Assembly: GCA_040756875.1 (NCBI GenBank) | Contig: JBFLYH010000001.1 | Location: 480,001 to 544,000 of the forward strand | DNA from: a candidate division FCPU426 bacterium | GTDB lineage: Bacteria; Oederibacteriota; JAAXVQ01; JAUVAV01 | Length of the DNA stretch: 64,000 bases | Direction of reading: 5' to 3' | In this document: positions 19,696 through 29,652 of the stretch, piece after piece | Position numbering within the stretch: the first letter of the stretch is position 1 | Layout: every line of letters starts with the position of its first letter | The notes under the pieces: generated by a model | The model's database searches: none | What the model was told of the DNA's origin: nothing | What the model saw: the letters and a program-made list of their open reading frames with translations, nothing else | Made by a program: the position numbers and the translations under genes

Positions 19696-20475
19696 ATGCT
19701 GATCGTAATGGATGTGGGAAACACGCACATGTGTTTCGGCGTGTACCAGGGCTCGGACTTGCTCCGCGAGTTTCGCGTGTCCACCAACCGCAAGGCCACG
19801 GCGGATGAACTGGGCGTGCTGCTGAGGGGCTTGCTGCACGGAGTCCACGGTGCTCCGGTTTGGGAGGGAGTGGTCATCGCCAGCGTTGTTCCGGAGATGG
19901 ACTTGCCGTTGACTGAAGCGGTCCAGCGTCAGCTCCGCGTGCCGGTTTTATCCGTGACGCCGGACATGCCGCTGCCGATCCGCAACGCGTACCGCCCGCC
20001 GGAAGCCGTGGGCGCCGATCGCCTCATGAACGCCGTGGCGGCGGTGAACGAGTTCGGGGCGCCGGTTCTTATAGTGGATTTCGGCACGGCCACGACCATC
20101 GACGCCGTGGCCCGAGGCCGGGTCTACCAAGGCGGCGCCATCATGCCCGGGCTGCTGTTGTCCGCGGATGCGCTGTCGCGGGGAACGGCGCTGCTGCCGC
20201 GTGTGGAATTGCGGCCGCCCTCCCAAGCCCTCGGCCGCAACACCGAAGAAAGCCTGCAGTCCGGCATTCTGCTGGGCGCGGCCGGGGCTGTCTCCAAGAT
20301 CGTGGCGGATATTCGGCGCCGCTGGGGCCAACGGGTTCCGGTGGTGGCGACCGGCGGGTTGGCTTCGCTGGTCCGGCCCTTTTGCCCGGTTTTGCGCCAC
20401 CACCGCCCCCATCTGACGCTGGAAGGCCTGCGCCTGACCTGGCTGCATCATTCCCGCCGGAGCGGCCGCCGATGA
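19696..20475 (+). CDS. coaX: Type III pantothenate kinase
   Basis: DVGNT, GADR, VDFGTATT, TGG, LTLEGL. Confidence 0.96.
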   Translation: MLIVMDVGNTHMCFGVYQGSDLLREFRVSTNRKATADELGVLLRGLLHGVHGAPVWEGVVIASVVPEMDLPLTEAVQRQLRVPVLSVTPDMPLPIRNAYRPPEAVGADRLMNAVAAVNEFGAPVLIVDFGTATTIDAVARGRVYQGGAIMPGLLLSADALSRGTALLPRVELRPPSQALGRNTEESLQSGILLGAAGAVSKIVADIRRRWGQRVPVVATGGLASLVRPFCPVLRHHRPHLTLEGLRLTWLHHSRRSGRR

Positions 20476-21056
20476 GCAACTGGAAGATCTGGCGCTGGAT
20501 TGTCGGGTTTTTCCTGATGGCCACCGCCTGGGGAGTGGTGGGAGTGCGCAGCACGCATTCCCCCGAACCCTCGGAAATCATCATCACCCATGGTCCGCGG
20601 GGGGAGCCGCCTTTCATTCGCAGCAATGGCCGCGAGATCTCCTACGGACTTCCGCTGTTGACCGGGGCGTGGCGGTCTTCGCAAACCGATCGGGGAACAG
20701 CGGTGATCATCTGCTTTTGGGCTCCGTGGTGCGACCCGTGCCGGGATGTCATGGCCTGGCTGGTCCAGTACCAATCCACCCTAACCCGCCTGCCGGTAGC
20801 CCTGCTGACCGTGGCCGTGGAAACGGACATGCAATCCTTGTTGGCTTCGGACCTCCAGCTGCCTACAGCTTTGTCACCCGAACCCGCGGGAATCACGCGG
20901 CTGCCGCAGCTCTGGCTGGTCTCGCCGGAAGGCCGGTTGCTGTGGCAGGGCGAGGGGTACGCTAGCCGCCTGGTTTTGGAGACGGAAGTCGACCGCTGGA
21001 TCAAGCCGGATGCGGCCAAAGCCGGGGACGTTTCGCGCGCGGAAGTGCGGCCATGA
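20472..21056 (+). CDS. Membrane-anchored TlpA/ResA-like thioredoxin-fold protein
   Basis: N-terminal hydrophobic anchor, FWAPWCDPC active site, LPQLWLV cis-Pro strand. Confidence 0.8.
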   Translation: MSNWKIWRWIVGFFLMATAWGVVGVRSTHSPEPSEIIITHGPRGEPPFIRSNGREISYGLPLLTGAWRSSQTDRGTAVIICFWAPWCDPCRDVMAWLVQYQSTLTRLPVALLTVAVETDMQSLLASDLQLPTALSPEPAGITRLPQLWLVSPEGRLLWQGEGYASRLVLETEVDRWIKPDAAKAGDVSRAEVRP

Positions 21057-22210
21057 TCGCCTGTGCGGTGGGGAAGGGCAAAAGCCGCGATGCCGGACTG
21101 GCGGCGCGGCAAGCGGCCGAAATCTGCATGAGACAACTGGACGGTGATCCGGAATTGCTGCTGGTGTTCGCCAGCCGGACGTTCGAATCCTCCCACTTGC
21201 TTTCCGAACTCCGCTCGCTTTTTCCCCACTGCCCCCTCGCCGGCTGCAGCACGGCCGGCGAAATCTACTCAGATGGCCCGGATGAAGAATCCCTGGCCGT
21301 GATCGCTCTCGGCCAGGTCAAAGCGACGACGGCGCTGGGAGGGTTCATCGGTTCCGACGGGTATGCCGCCGGCAGGGAACTGGGCCAGCAGTTGCAGGGC
21401 GCGGAGGCGCAACTGGTCCCGCTTTTAAGCGACGGCTTGGTGGGCGACGGCGCCGCGGTCATCCGGGGCGTCCGTGAATCCCTTCTGCCGCAAGTCCCGA
21501 TTTTCGGAGGGGCGGCGGGCGACGACTCCCGCTTCCAGCGCACTGAAATCTTCATGGGCGCCGAACGGCATTCCGGGCGCGCGGCTGCAGTGGGATTGTC
21601 GGGGGATTTCGTCTTCGGCCTGGGCGTGCGCCACGGCTGGGAACCGGTGGGATTGCCGGTCCGTGTGACTAAATCGCACGGCAACCGACTGCTGGAAATG
21701 AATGGGGTTCCCGCTATCCGCCTATATCAGGAGTACTTCGGGGAATATACCGAGCGGATGCGCACCCAACCCTTGGCGCGGCTGGCAATTTGTTATCCTC
21801 TGGGATTGCCGGTGCAGTCCTCCAGCGAGTATTTGCTCCGGGCCCCCTTGTCCGTGGAGCAGGATGGATCCATTCGCCTGACCGCGGAAATTCCGGAAGG
21901 CGCCCATGTCCGCCTAATGATCGGCAGCGTGGACAGCGCCCTCAAAGCCGCCCGCATCGCCACCTTGGAAGCCTTGTCGCAAATGAAGGGACGTCCGCCC
22001 CGGATTGCCGTGGTTTTCAGCGGCATGGCGCGGCGGAGTTTATTCGGCCCCAAAAGCCGCGAGGAAATCCAATTGATCCAGAATATCCTGGGGCCGTCGG
22101 TTCCCGTGGCGGGATTTTACGGCTATGGCGAATTCGCACCATTAGAAGGTACTGACGCTTGTGCGGCCTGTTTCCACAATGAAACCATGGCCATCCTGTT
22201 ATTGGGCTGA
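21053..22210 (+). CDS. FIST N/C domain sensor protein (NosP-like)
   Basis: GCSTAGEI, GGAAGD, HGWEPVG, GFYGYGE, FHNET FIST motifs. Confidence 0.92.
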   Translation: MIACAVGKGKSRDAGLAARQAAEICMRQLDGDPELLLVFASRTFESSHLLSELRSLFPHCPLAGCSTAGEIYSDGPDEESLAVIALGQVKATTALGGFIGSDGYAAGRELGQQLQGAEAQLVPLLSDGLVGDGAAVIRGVRESLLPQVPIFGGAAGDDSRFQRTEIFMGAERHSGRAAAVGLSGDFVFGLGVRHGWEPVGLPVRVTKSHGNRLLEMNGVPAIRLYQEYFGEYTERMRTQPLARLAICYPLGLPVQSSSEYLLRAPLSVEQDGSIRLTAEIPEGAHVRLMIGSVDSALKAARIATLEALSQMKGRPPRIAVVFSGMARRSLFGPKSREEIQLIQNILGPSVPVAGFYGYGEFAPLEGTDACAACFHNETMAILLLG

Positions 22211-22218
22211 GGACCATT

Positions 22219-24027
22219 ATGGCGACCAATCCCTTTTTAGTCCCCCAGGGCGATCCTGAACAGGCGTATGCGGAGCTGGATTACATCACTAAAATGCTGC
22301 TCAAGCGGGACGTGCAGCTGACGGACCTCAATGTTGAGCTGGAACGGAAAAACCGGGATTTGGAACTGGCCCGTCAGGAACTTTTGCACCTTGGGCTGTA
22401 CATGACCAATCTCCTGTCCAATTCGCCCGATGCCATCTGGGCGTTGGACAATGAAAAACGGATCAACACCTTCAACAAAGTCGCGGAGGAAATCACCGGC
22501 TATCGCATGGAGGAAGTGCTGGGACGCCCCGTGGATTTCCTGTTCGCCGCACCCGAGAGTTACCTGGACTTGCTGGCAAATATGCCGCTTCAGGGCGGAT
22601 TGCGCAATGTCCGTTCCCGGCTGCGCCGCAAAGACGGGGAGATCGTGGAAATTTTGATGTCTGTTTCCTTGCTGCTCCAGCAGAACCAACCCGGGCAGCC
22701 GCAGGGCAGCATGACGATTTTCAAGGACGTCACCCGCGAAATACGCCTGGAAGAAGCCTTGCGGGATGCCAACGAACGCCTGGAGGAGAAAGTCCGCCAG
22801 CGCACCACCGAGTTGGAAGAGCTTTCCCAGACCCTGCTGATGCTCAACCATGTGTCCAGCGTTGCCAGCCAATCCCTGGAATTGGAGACCTTGTTGCATA
22901 ATATTTTACGGTCGGTTCTGGAACTGACGGGCTACAACATGGGCATCATTTCGCCCTTGCTGACCACGGACATCCTGAATGTGCGCGCCCAGCTGAAGAT
23001 GCCGGAGAAACTGCTGGCCAAGCTGAAAGAGGTCCCAAAGGGCGAAGGCATCATCGGCCGCGCAGCCAGCAGCGGATTCCTGCAATCCGCCGGGCCGGAT
23101 CTTCCGGAAATGGAAGAGGCCGGCATCCGCCTGGTGGTGGCCGTGCCGCTGCGCGCCAAAGGGACCATCCAGGGCGTGATGACCCTCTTTTCCCTCGCCG
23201 AACGCGAGGTCACGGATCAGGAATGGGACATTTTCATGGCGATCGGCGTCCAGGCCGGCTGGGCGATCGAAAATGCATGGCTTTACGAGCGGGTGAAGGC
23301 CGACGTGGAAAAGCTTAAGGAAGTGGACCGCATCAAGACCGAATTCATCGCCACCATCTCCCATGAATTGCGGACGCCGCTCACCTCCATCATCGGGTTC
23401 CTGAGTTACGCCAACCTGGCCATGGAAAAGCATGAACAGAAGAAGCTGCAGCGCTACATCACCATCGCCCTGGAAAACGGCCAGAAACTCGCCCAGATGA
23501 TCGAAGACTTGCTGGCCATGCAAAAAATGGACGCCGGTTCCTTCTCGCTGCACTACGAACCTGTGCAGTTGAAAGAATTACTGGAGGAAATCGGGGAAGA
23601 CCTGGGCCCCCAATTGAACAGCAAGGAACAGAAACTTCTGCTGAAAGTGGACGCGGAACTGCCGGTGTTGGAAGCGGACCGGGAGCAATTGGAACGGGTC
23701 CTGACCAACCTGGTCATCAATGCCATAAAATTCACGGACGGTCCCGGCATGATCACGCTCCAGGCCGTCTATACGCCTGAAAAGGACGAGTTCCGCATCA
23801 GCGTCGCGGATACCGGCATCGGCATGAGCGCGGAGGTCCAATCTAAAATCTTCGATCGTTTTTACCAGGCCGAAAGCACGCTGACCCGCCGTAAAGGCGG
23901 CGCCGGCCTGGGTCTGACGATCGCCAAACGCATCGTAGACATGCACCTGGGACGCATGGAAGTGGAAAGCCAGATTAAACAGGGAAGCTGTTTCACCATC
24001 ATTCTGCCGGCGAGGAAAATAAAATGA
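22219..24027 (+). CDS. Cytoplasmic PAS-GAF sensor histidine kinase
   Basis: PAS (FNKVAEEITGY), GAF (AIENA), H-box SHELRTPL, N/G/F boxes; no TM segment. Confidence 0.93.
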   Translation: MATNPFLVPQGDPEQAYAELDYITKMLLKRDVQLTDLNVELERKNRDLELARQELLHLGLYMTNLLSNSPDAIWALDNEKRINTFNKVAEEITGYRMEEVLGRPVDFLFAAPESYLDLLANMPLQGGLRNVRSRLRRKDGEIVEILMSVSLLLQQNQPGQPQGSMTIFKDVTREIRLEEALRDANERLEEKVRQRTTELEELSQTLLMLNHVSSVASQSLELETLLHNILRSVLELTGYNMGIISPLLTTDILNVRAQLKMPEKLLAKLKEVPKGEGIIGRAASSGFLQSAGPDLPEMEEAGIRLVVAVPLRAKGTIQGVMTLFSLAEREVTDQEWDIFMAIGVQAGWAIENAWLYERVKADVEKLKEVDRIKTEFIATISHELRTPLTSIIGFLSYANLAMEKHEQKKLQRYITIALENGQKLAQMIEDLLAMQKMDAGSFSLHYEPVQLKELLEEIGEDLGPQLNSKEQKLLLKVDAELPVLEADREQLERVLTNLVINAIKFTDGPGMITLQAVYTPEKDEFRISVADTGIGMSAEVQSKIFDRFYQAESTLTRRKGGAGLGLTIAKRIVDMHLGRMEVESQIKQGSCFTIILPARKIK

Positions 24028-24749
24028 CCGACTCACTTTCCCTGACCAGCGCTTTTTTGGCGGGCTTGATTTCGTTCCTTTCGCCCTGTGTTCTGCCTTT
24101 GGTTCCGGCCTATTTGTCCTTCCTGGCCGGCGTCAGTCTGGAGGAGATCCGGCAGTCAGCGGACCATGCCTTGCGCCGCCGGGCAGTGGTCTCTGCACTT
24201 GTCTTTGTCCTCGGCTTTTCCACGGTCTTTGTCTTGCTGGGGGCCACGGCTACGCTTCTCGGGCGCTGGCTCACCGAACAGGCTTACTGGCTGGGCAAAG
24301 TCGCAGGTGCGGTCCTTATCCTGCTGGGGCTGCACCTGGTGGGAATCCTCAAACTGCCGTTCCTGATGTACGAAAAGCGCTTTCAAGTCCGCACCGGCGC
24401 CTTGCCGATTCTCGGCGTTTTTTTCATCGGCGCGGCGTTTGCCTTCGGCTGGTCGCCCTGCGTGGGCCCCTTGCTGGCGGGCATTTTAGCCCTGGCCGGA
24501 TCCCGGGAGACGGTCGGCCAAGGCATGCTGCTGCTGGGCGTTTATTCGGCCGGGCTCGGCCTCCCGTTCGTGCTGGCGGCCCTGGCCGTGGAATCCTTCC
24601 TGCGCTTCTTGCGGCGCTTCCGGGACGTTTTGCGCTGGGTGGAAGCGGCGGCGGGGGTGCTGTTGATCCTCATCGGAGTGGTAATGATGACCGGCGGGAT
24701 GATGCGGGTGGCTTCCTGGTTCGGCGTCTTCGGACGATTCGGACTATAA
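24024..24749 (+). CDS. ccdA: CcdA/DsbD-type transmembrane thiol-disulfide transporter
   Basis: FLSPCVLPLVP and GWSPCVGP motifs; six hydrophobic segments. Confidence 0.93.
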   Translation: MTDSLSLTSAFLAGLISFLSPCVLPLVPAYLSFLAGVSLEEIRQSADHALRRRAVVSALVFVLGFSTVFVLLGATATLLGRWLTEQAYWLGKVAGAVLILLGLHLVGILKLPFLMYEKRFQVRTGALPILGVFFIGAAFAFGWSPCVGPLLAGILALAGSRETVGQGMLLLGVYSAGLGLPFVLAALAVESFLRFLRRFRDVLRWVEAAAGVLLILIGVVMMTGGMMRVASWFGVFGRFGL

Positions 24750-24770
24750 AGCAGTGCCGCGGAAAGGGCC

Positions 24771-26468
24771 ATGAACCGTATGCAGCATGAAATCAACGGC
24801 CGTACCTTGAACAATCTGATCCTGTTCGTTCGCAAACACCGCCCCCAGGAATTGCCGCGTCTTTTGGAAGGGTACAATGCCGATGAAATCGGCGATCAAC
24901 ACGAGTGGGTTCCTGTCGAGGTCCGCAACCAATTGTTCGCGCGGGCCGAGACCATATTCGGAAAGACGGACATACTGGAAGAAGTGGGCCGCGAAGCCTT
25001 TACTCTCCACTCCTTAGGCATTGTTGAATGGCTGGTCCGCATGGAACCCGACTTGTCGCAGTTAGTGCATCTGAGCGCGAAGTATGCCTCGCTTTTTTCC
25101 AGCCTGACGGATATTCGAATACGCCATCTGCGGGGCAAGGAATTGCTGATCGAACGCAGCGAACCCGGCCTGGTGCGCGGCTCATGCTTCTATTTGCGGG
25201 GACTGATGCTGGGGTTGTTGGAATTATTCGAACGCCGGGGCTGCACGATTTCGGAATCGCAGTGCTGCGTCCCGCTGTGGGAGAAAGGCGTGATCAATGG
25301 CAGCCGGTTTCATCTCCGGGAGGGAAGAGTCTGGCGCGAAGAGGTGAAATCCGGCCGCCAGGAAGACTTGGGGCCGGTGCCGGAGACAGGTACGTTCGCC
25401 TATGAAGGAACGACGTACGGCGCCCCTTCGTGTTTGTGCCGTTTCCACTGGAAACGGGGTCCGGGATGGTGGCGTCGCTGGACGCGCTCCTTCCGGCAGC
25501 AGCGGCGCTGGTTGGAAATCATGCAGCACAACCTGCTGCATGAATATGAATTGGTGGAAAACCGGAACCGGAAATTGCGCCAGAACCAGCATATACTGCA
25601 AAACCTGGTTCAGCAGAAATCAGATCTTACACGTACGCTGGAGCGGAAAGTCACGGACCGGACCCTTGAGTTGGAGGATTTAGTGAAGCAATTGCAGGAG
25701 TTGGACGACATGAAGTCCTATTTCCTCACGCTGACCTCCCACGAACTGCGGACGCCGCTGACCATCATCAAGTGCGCTTTGAATCTGATTTTGACCGAGG
25801 GCAACCGTCTTTCGCCTGAGCGTTTCCTTCGCTATCTGCAAATGGCCAGAACCAATGCCGATCATCTCCAATTGCTGATTGCCAACCTGCTGGATCTCTC
25901 CCGCCTGGAATCCGGGCAGATGAAGCTTGAAATAGAGCCGGTGGATTTGATCCGGTTGATGCGGGAAAGCGCCGAACAATTCCGCGATTTGGCCGAGCGG
26001 CGCGATTTGCGTCTGACGACCGCCTTTCCACCCGCTCTTCAGGACATTGAGGCCGACCCGGCCCGCCTCAAACAAATCATCGATAATCTGCTGTCCAACG
26101 CCATCAAATTCACCCCGCCCAAAGGTGAAATCCGGATAGCATTGGAATGCTCGGAAGACCAGGTGCTGGTCGAAATCGTGGACACGGGCATCGGTATCGA
26201 ACCCTGGGAATCTGAACGGATATTCCATAAATTTCAGCAAAGCGAGCGCTCGCTGACCCGGGAAGCCTCGGGAATCGGTTTGGGGCTGGCGATTGTCAAG
26301 GAACTGGTGGAACTCCATGAAGGACAGGTATGGGTGGAGAGCGAAAAAGGCGAGGGATCCAGGTTTTTCGTGCAATTGCCCTTGTCCGGCCCTAAAAACC
26401 CCAAGCATTTCGTGCGACGTTCAGCCATGGCCGGTGGGAATTCCCCCATGGTTTTAGAAAGCCATTGA
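24771..26468 (+). CDS. Sensor histidine kinase with N-terminal H-NOX/V4R-like domain
   Basis: H-box SHELRTPL and HATPase boxes; N-terminal ~230 aa with H-NOX-like helical pattern and V4R-like C..G..G/E..C/C.F residues (fold call is inference). Confidence 0.88.
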   Translation: MNRMQHEINGRTLNNLILFVRKHRPQELPRLLEGYNADEIGDQHEWVPVEVRNQLFARAETIFGKTDILEEVGREAFTLHSLGIVEWLVRMEPDLSQLVHLSAKYASLFSSLTDIRIRHLRGKELLIERSEPGLVRGSCFYLRGLMLGLLELFERRGCTISESQCCVPLWEKGVINGSRFHLREGRVWREEVKSGRQEDLGPVPETGTFAYEGTTYGAPSCLCRFHWKRGPGWWRRWTRSFRQQRRWLEIMQHNLLHEYELVENRNRKLRQNQHILQNLVQQKSDLTRTLERKVTDRTLELEDLVKQLQELDDMKSYFLTLTSHELRTPLTIIKCALNLILTEGNRLSPERFLRYLQMARTNADHLQLLIANLLDLSRLESGQMKLEIEPVDLIRLMRESAEQFRDLAERRDLRLTTAFPPALQDIEADPARLKQIIDNLLSNAIKFTPPKGEIRIALECSEDQVLVEIVDTGIGIEPWESERIFHKFQQSERSLTREASGIGLGLAIVKELVELHEGQVWVESEKGEGSRFFVQLPLSGPKNPKHFVRRSAMAGGNSPMVLESH

Positions 26469-26471
26469 ACG

Positions 26472-27284
26472 ATGGCCAGGCTGTTCAAATTCGAGCGGGA
26501 AGCAGGGATCGGTTTTTGGACCCTGCCGGAATGGCGTCGCCGCGGCATCCAGGTTTGTTGTTCCTGCCGGCAGGGAGGAATCAGCCTTCCGCCTTTTGAC
26601 ACGCTCAATCTCGGTTTGAGTACTGCGGACCGGCGTGAGCATGTCCTTGCCAACCGGCGGGCTTTTTTTCAAGCCGCCCGTTTAGGTCCGCTGCTTCCGG
26701 TCATCGCCCGCCAAAGCCATGAAACCGACATCCGGCAAGTAGGGCGCCGGGACGCGGGCAGGGGATGGCAATCACTCCGAACGGCTTTCAAGCGCACGGA
26801 TGGAATGATTACATCGGTTCCCGGTTTGCCGCTGGCGGTTACCGTAGCGGATTGCCTTCCTGTGCTGCTGGCGGACAACCGGGGCCGGGTCGTGGCTGCG
26901 GTTCACGCTGGTTGGCGCGGATTGGTTAGGGGAGTGATCCAGGCGGCAGTAGCCGCTTTTTGGGATCTCTATCGGATTCCGCCTGAAACCATACTGGCTG
27001 CAATCGGCCCGAGCATCGGACCAGAGGCGTTTGCAGTAAAAGGGGAAGCGTTGAAGTTGCTGAAAGCCGTGGCTCCTCACGCGGTGAAGCCTTGGAAAGG
27101 TTCAGGAACCCGGTTCGACCTGTGGGAAGCTGCGGAAAGGGTATTATGCCAGTGTGGGATTGCCCGCGAAAGGATTTGCCTGCTGGGTCAAAGCACGGCC
27201 TTGGAAAGAGAGTTGTATTTTTCCCATCGGCGTGATGGTGAAACCGGTCGAATGCTGGGAATCATCCAAATCATTCCTGCCTGA
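26472..27284 (+). CDS. pgeF: PgeF/YfiH family protein (peptidoglycan editing factor / purine nucleoside phosphorylase)
   Basis: LNLG, Q.H, VADCLPV, HAGWRG, GPSIG, FSHRRD. Confidence 0.93.
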   Translation: MARLFKFEREAGIGFWTLPEWRRRGIQVCCSCRQGGISLPPFDTLNLGLSTADRREHVLANRRAFFQAARLGPLLPVIARQSHETDIRQVGRRDAGRGWQSLRTAFKRTDGMITSVPGLPLAVTVADCLPVLLADNRGRVVAAVHAGWRGLVRGVIQAAVAAFWDLYRIPPETILAAIGPSIGPEAFAVKGEALKLLKAVAPHAVKPWKGSGTRFDLWEAAERVLCQCGIARERICLLGQSTALERELYFSHRRDGETGRMLGIIQIIPA

Positions 27285-27442
27285 TTAAAAATAAAATTAT
27301 ACCTAAAAGAGTAAAAAGCCAAAAATAAATGCTTGTTTTTAAATGATAATATTAATTGGAAATATTATGGAAGATATAAATAATGCCTCGGATTCTATTT
27401 TTTATTGTATCAAAGCTAGTTGCCAGTATAATGTGCTCAATT

Positions 27443-28153
27443 ATGCGGAATCGCGGCTTAATTATTCAAGAAAACGTGACCTCAATAGTGAAACGCCTGG
27501 ATGCCGCAGCCAAACGCACTGGCCGTTCCAGCAGGGAAATAACGCTGGTGGCAGTCACTAAAAATGTTACGGTGGAAGACATTCGCAGCGCTTTGAATGC
27601 GGGAATCACTGCGCTGGGTGAAAACCGGGTGCAGGAAGCCAAACCTAAATTTGCCCAAATCGGACCAACGGTTGCCTGGCATTTCCTCGGTCATTTGCAA
27701 ACCAATAAAGCCCGCATTGCGGCGGCGATTTTCGACGTGATTCAATCCGTCGATTCCTTGCGCGTGGCCAAGGCCCTCAACCAGGAAGCCGAACGTTTTG
27801 ACCGCCAAGTGGATGTGCTGGTTGAAGTCAATATCAGCGGCGAAGAGAGCAAATTCGGACTCGCTCCGCAGCAGCTTGAGGCACTGCTGCCTGAATTGCA
27901 GGAACAAAAAAGCCTGCGCTTGCGGGGGCTGATGTCGTTGGCGCCGATGGTTGCGGAGCCTGAACGGACGCGGCCTTTTTTCCGCGAACTGGCCCGTTGG
28001 TTTCGGCATTTTCAGGGCCGGATGGGATCTGCCTGGGATACGCTTTCCATGGGCATGACGAATGATTTTGAAGTTGCCATCGAGGAAGGGGCGACCTTGG
28101 TCAGGATCGGAACCGGCATTTTCCATACCCCCGAACTACGGAGGGCCGCATGA
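27443..28153 (+). CDS. yggS: PLP homeostasis protein YggS
   Basis: LVAVTK, GENRVQE, HFLGHLQTNK, LSMGMTND, VRIGT. Confidence 0.96.
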   Translation: MRNRGLIIQENVTSIVKRLDAAAKRTGRSSREITLVAVTKNVTVEDIRSALNAGITALGENRVQEAKPKFAQIGPTVAWHFLGHLQTNKARIAAAIFDVIQSVDSLRVAKALNQEAERFDRQVDVLVEVNISGEESKFGLAPQQLEALLPELQEQKSLRLRGLMSLAPMVAEPERTRPFFRELARWFRHFQGRMGSAWDTLSMGMTNDFEVAIEEGATLVRIGTGIFHTPELRRAA

Positions 28154-28971
28154 TCCCCCAGACGATCGGTTTTGTAGGTGCGGGCAACATGGCGGAAGCT
28201 CTGATTCGCGGGTTGCTGTCCACGCGCAGTTGCCGGGTGGAACAACTAGCGGCATCGGATGTGAATGAAATCCGCCTTGCCTACATGACGAAGAATTACA
28301 AAGTGACCGGTTGCGCGCACAACCGCGAATTGGCCGGGGCCTGCGATATCCTGGTTCTGGCCGTCAAACCGCAACAGATCAGGGAGGTATTGGCCGACCT
28401 TTCGTCGTCCCTGCGGCCGGAACGGCACATTCTGGTTTCCATTGCCGCGGGCATCACCACGACCTATATCGAGAAGGCGGCGGCCGCGCCGGTCAAGGTC
28501 GTCCGCGCCATGCCGAATACCCCGGCCCGTCTTTTGGCTGGTGCCACGGCGTTCTGCCTGGGTCAATATGCCGGGGAAGCGGAGAGCCTGCTCGCCCATA
28601 TGCTGTTCGACGCCGTGGGATTGACCTTCCGGGTGGAGGAGGATCTGTTGAACACCGTCACCGCCGTATCCGGGTCAGGGCCGGCTTATGTATTCAAGTT
28701 TTGCGAGATGCTGATCAGGGCGGGCGTGGACATGGGTCTGCCTTCCGCGGACGCGGAGCAACTTGCGATTCAAACTATATGGGGCGCGGCAAAGATGCTG
28801 AAGGAAACCCAAGAGCCGCCGGCTGCATTGCGCGCCGCCGTGACCTCTCCCGGCGGCACCACCCAAGCCGCCTTGGAACATCTCGCCGCATCGGATTTCG
28901 AGACGGTGTTTCTGCAGGCCCTGGCCGCGGCCCGCAATCGCGCCGAAGCCCTGAGCCTGCAGCGGGATTGA
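28150..28971 (+). CDS. proC: Pyrroline-5-carboxylate reductase
   Basis: GAGNMA, AVKPQ, RAMPN, SGSGPAY, VTSPGGTT. Confidence 0.97.
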   Translation: MIPQTIGFVGAGNMAEALIRGLLSTRSCRVEQLAASDVNEIRLAYMTKNYKVTGCAHNRELAGACDILVLAVKPQQIREVLADLSSSLRPERHILVSIAAGITTTYIEKAAAAPVKVVRAMPNTPARLLAGATAFCLGQYAGEAESLLAHMLFDAVGLTFRVEEDLLNTVTAVSGSGPAYVFKFCEMLIRAGVDMGLPSADAEQLAIQTIWGAAKMLKETQEPPAALRAAVTSPGGTTQAALEHLAASDFETVFLQALAAARNRAEALSLQRD

Positions 28972-28981
28972 GGAAACCGGC

Positions 28982-29290
28982 ATGGCCGAGGGACTGCTAA
29001 CGACCGGTTGGTTGCTGAATCTTCTGGCTTCCCTGTGGGTGGGTTTGATCCTGCTGGATCTGCTGCTCGCCTGGGTGTTCAAGGAGGACCGGCGCAATGG
29101 CTGGCTGGGCAATGCCTTGGCCTGGTTGGCGGGACTGCCGGTCAATGGGCTGAGGCGGATTATGCCGACGGTGTATCGCGGCACTGATTTTGCCCCGTGG
29201 ATCACAATCCTGGTGCTGGTTTTGTTCGCGACGTTTCTGTTCCGGGCCATGGTTTATTGGGGGATGCTGCACCAGCCGCCTTTGGGATAA
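28982..29290 (+). CDS. yggT: YggT family membrane protein (divergent)
   Basis: Hydrophobic protein with LRRIMP..GTDFAP motif; position after proC. Confidence 0.78.
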   Translation: MAEGLLTTGWLLNLLASLWVGLILLDLLLAWVFKEDRRNGWLGNALAWLAGLPVNGLRRIMPTVYRGTDFAPWITILVLVLFATFLFRAMVYWGMLHQPPLG

Positions 29291-29313
29291 CCGCAATCGG
29301 AAGTTGGAGATCA

Positions 29314-29652
29314 ATGAGCAGCATGGAACTGGAGATGACGGAAAGCCCTCAAGGAGTGCGTTTCGCGATCAAAGTGCGGGCCGGCGCCGGCCGGACTGAA
29401 GTGACGGGGATCTGGAACGGCGCGTTGAAATTGAACGTTTCCAGGCCTCCGTCCCAAGGCGAAGCCAACCGCGAATGCCTCCGGTTTCTTGCTGAATGCT
29501 TGGGACTGCCGAAGACCGCGGTGGAAATCAAAAGCGGGGAGCACGCCTCACGAAAAATCGTTTTTGCCCGGGGCATAACCAGTGCCAGGGCGCACGCTGC
29601 ATTCATGGCGCAGTCAGTGATCCTGCCAAGGAGGAAACCAAAGCATGCCTGA
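29314..29652 (+). CDS. DUF167/YggU family protein
   Basis: PP..GEAN, LAECLG, GEHASRK. Confidence 0.88.
   Translation: MSSMELEMTESPQGVRFAIKVRAGAGRTEVTGIWNGALKLNVSRPPSQGEANRECLRFLAECLGLPKTAVEIKSGEHASRKIVFARGITSARAHAAFMAQSVILPRRKPKHA

Noticed and set aside
27285-27442. AT-rich stretch and small ORF 27343-27561
   Set aside because: Best explained as the yggS promoter region (TTGTAT..TATAAT at 27427-27432); the ORF has no support
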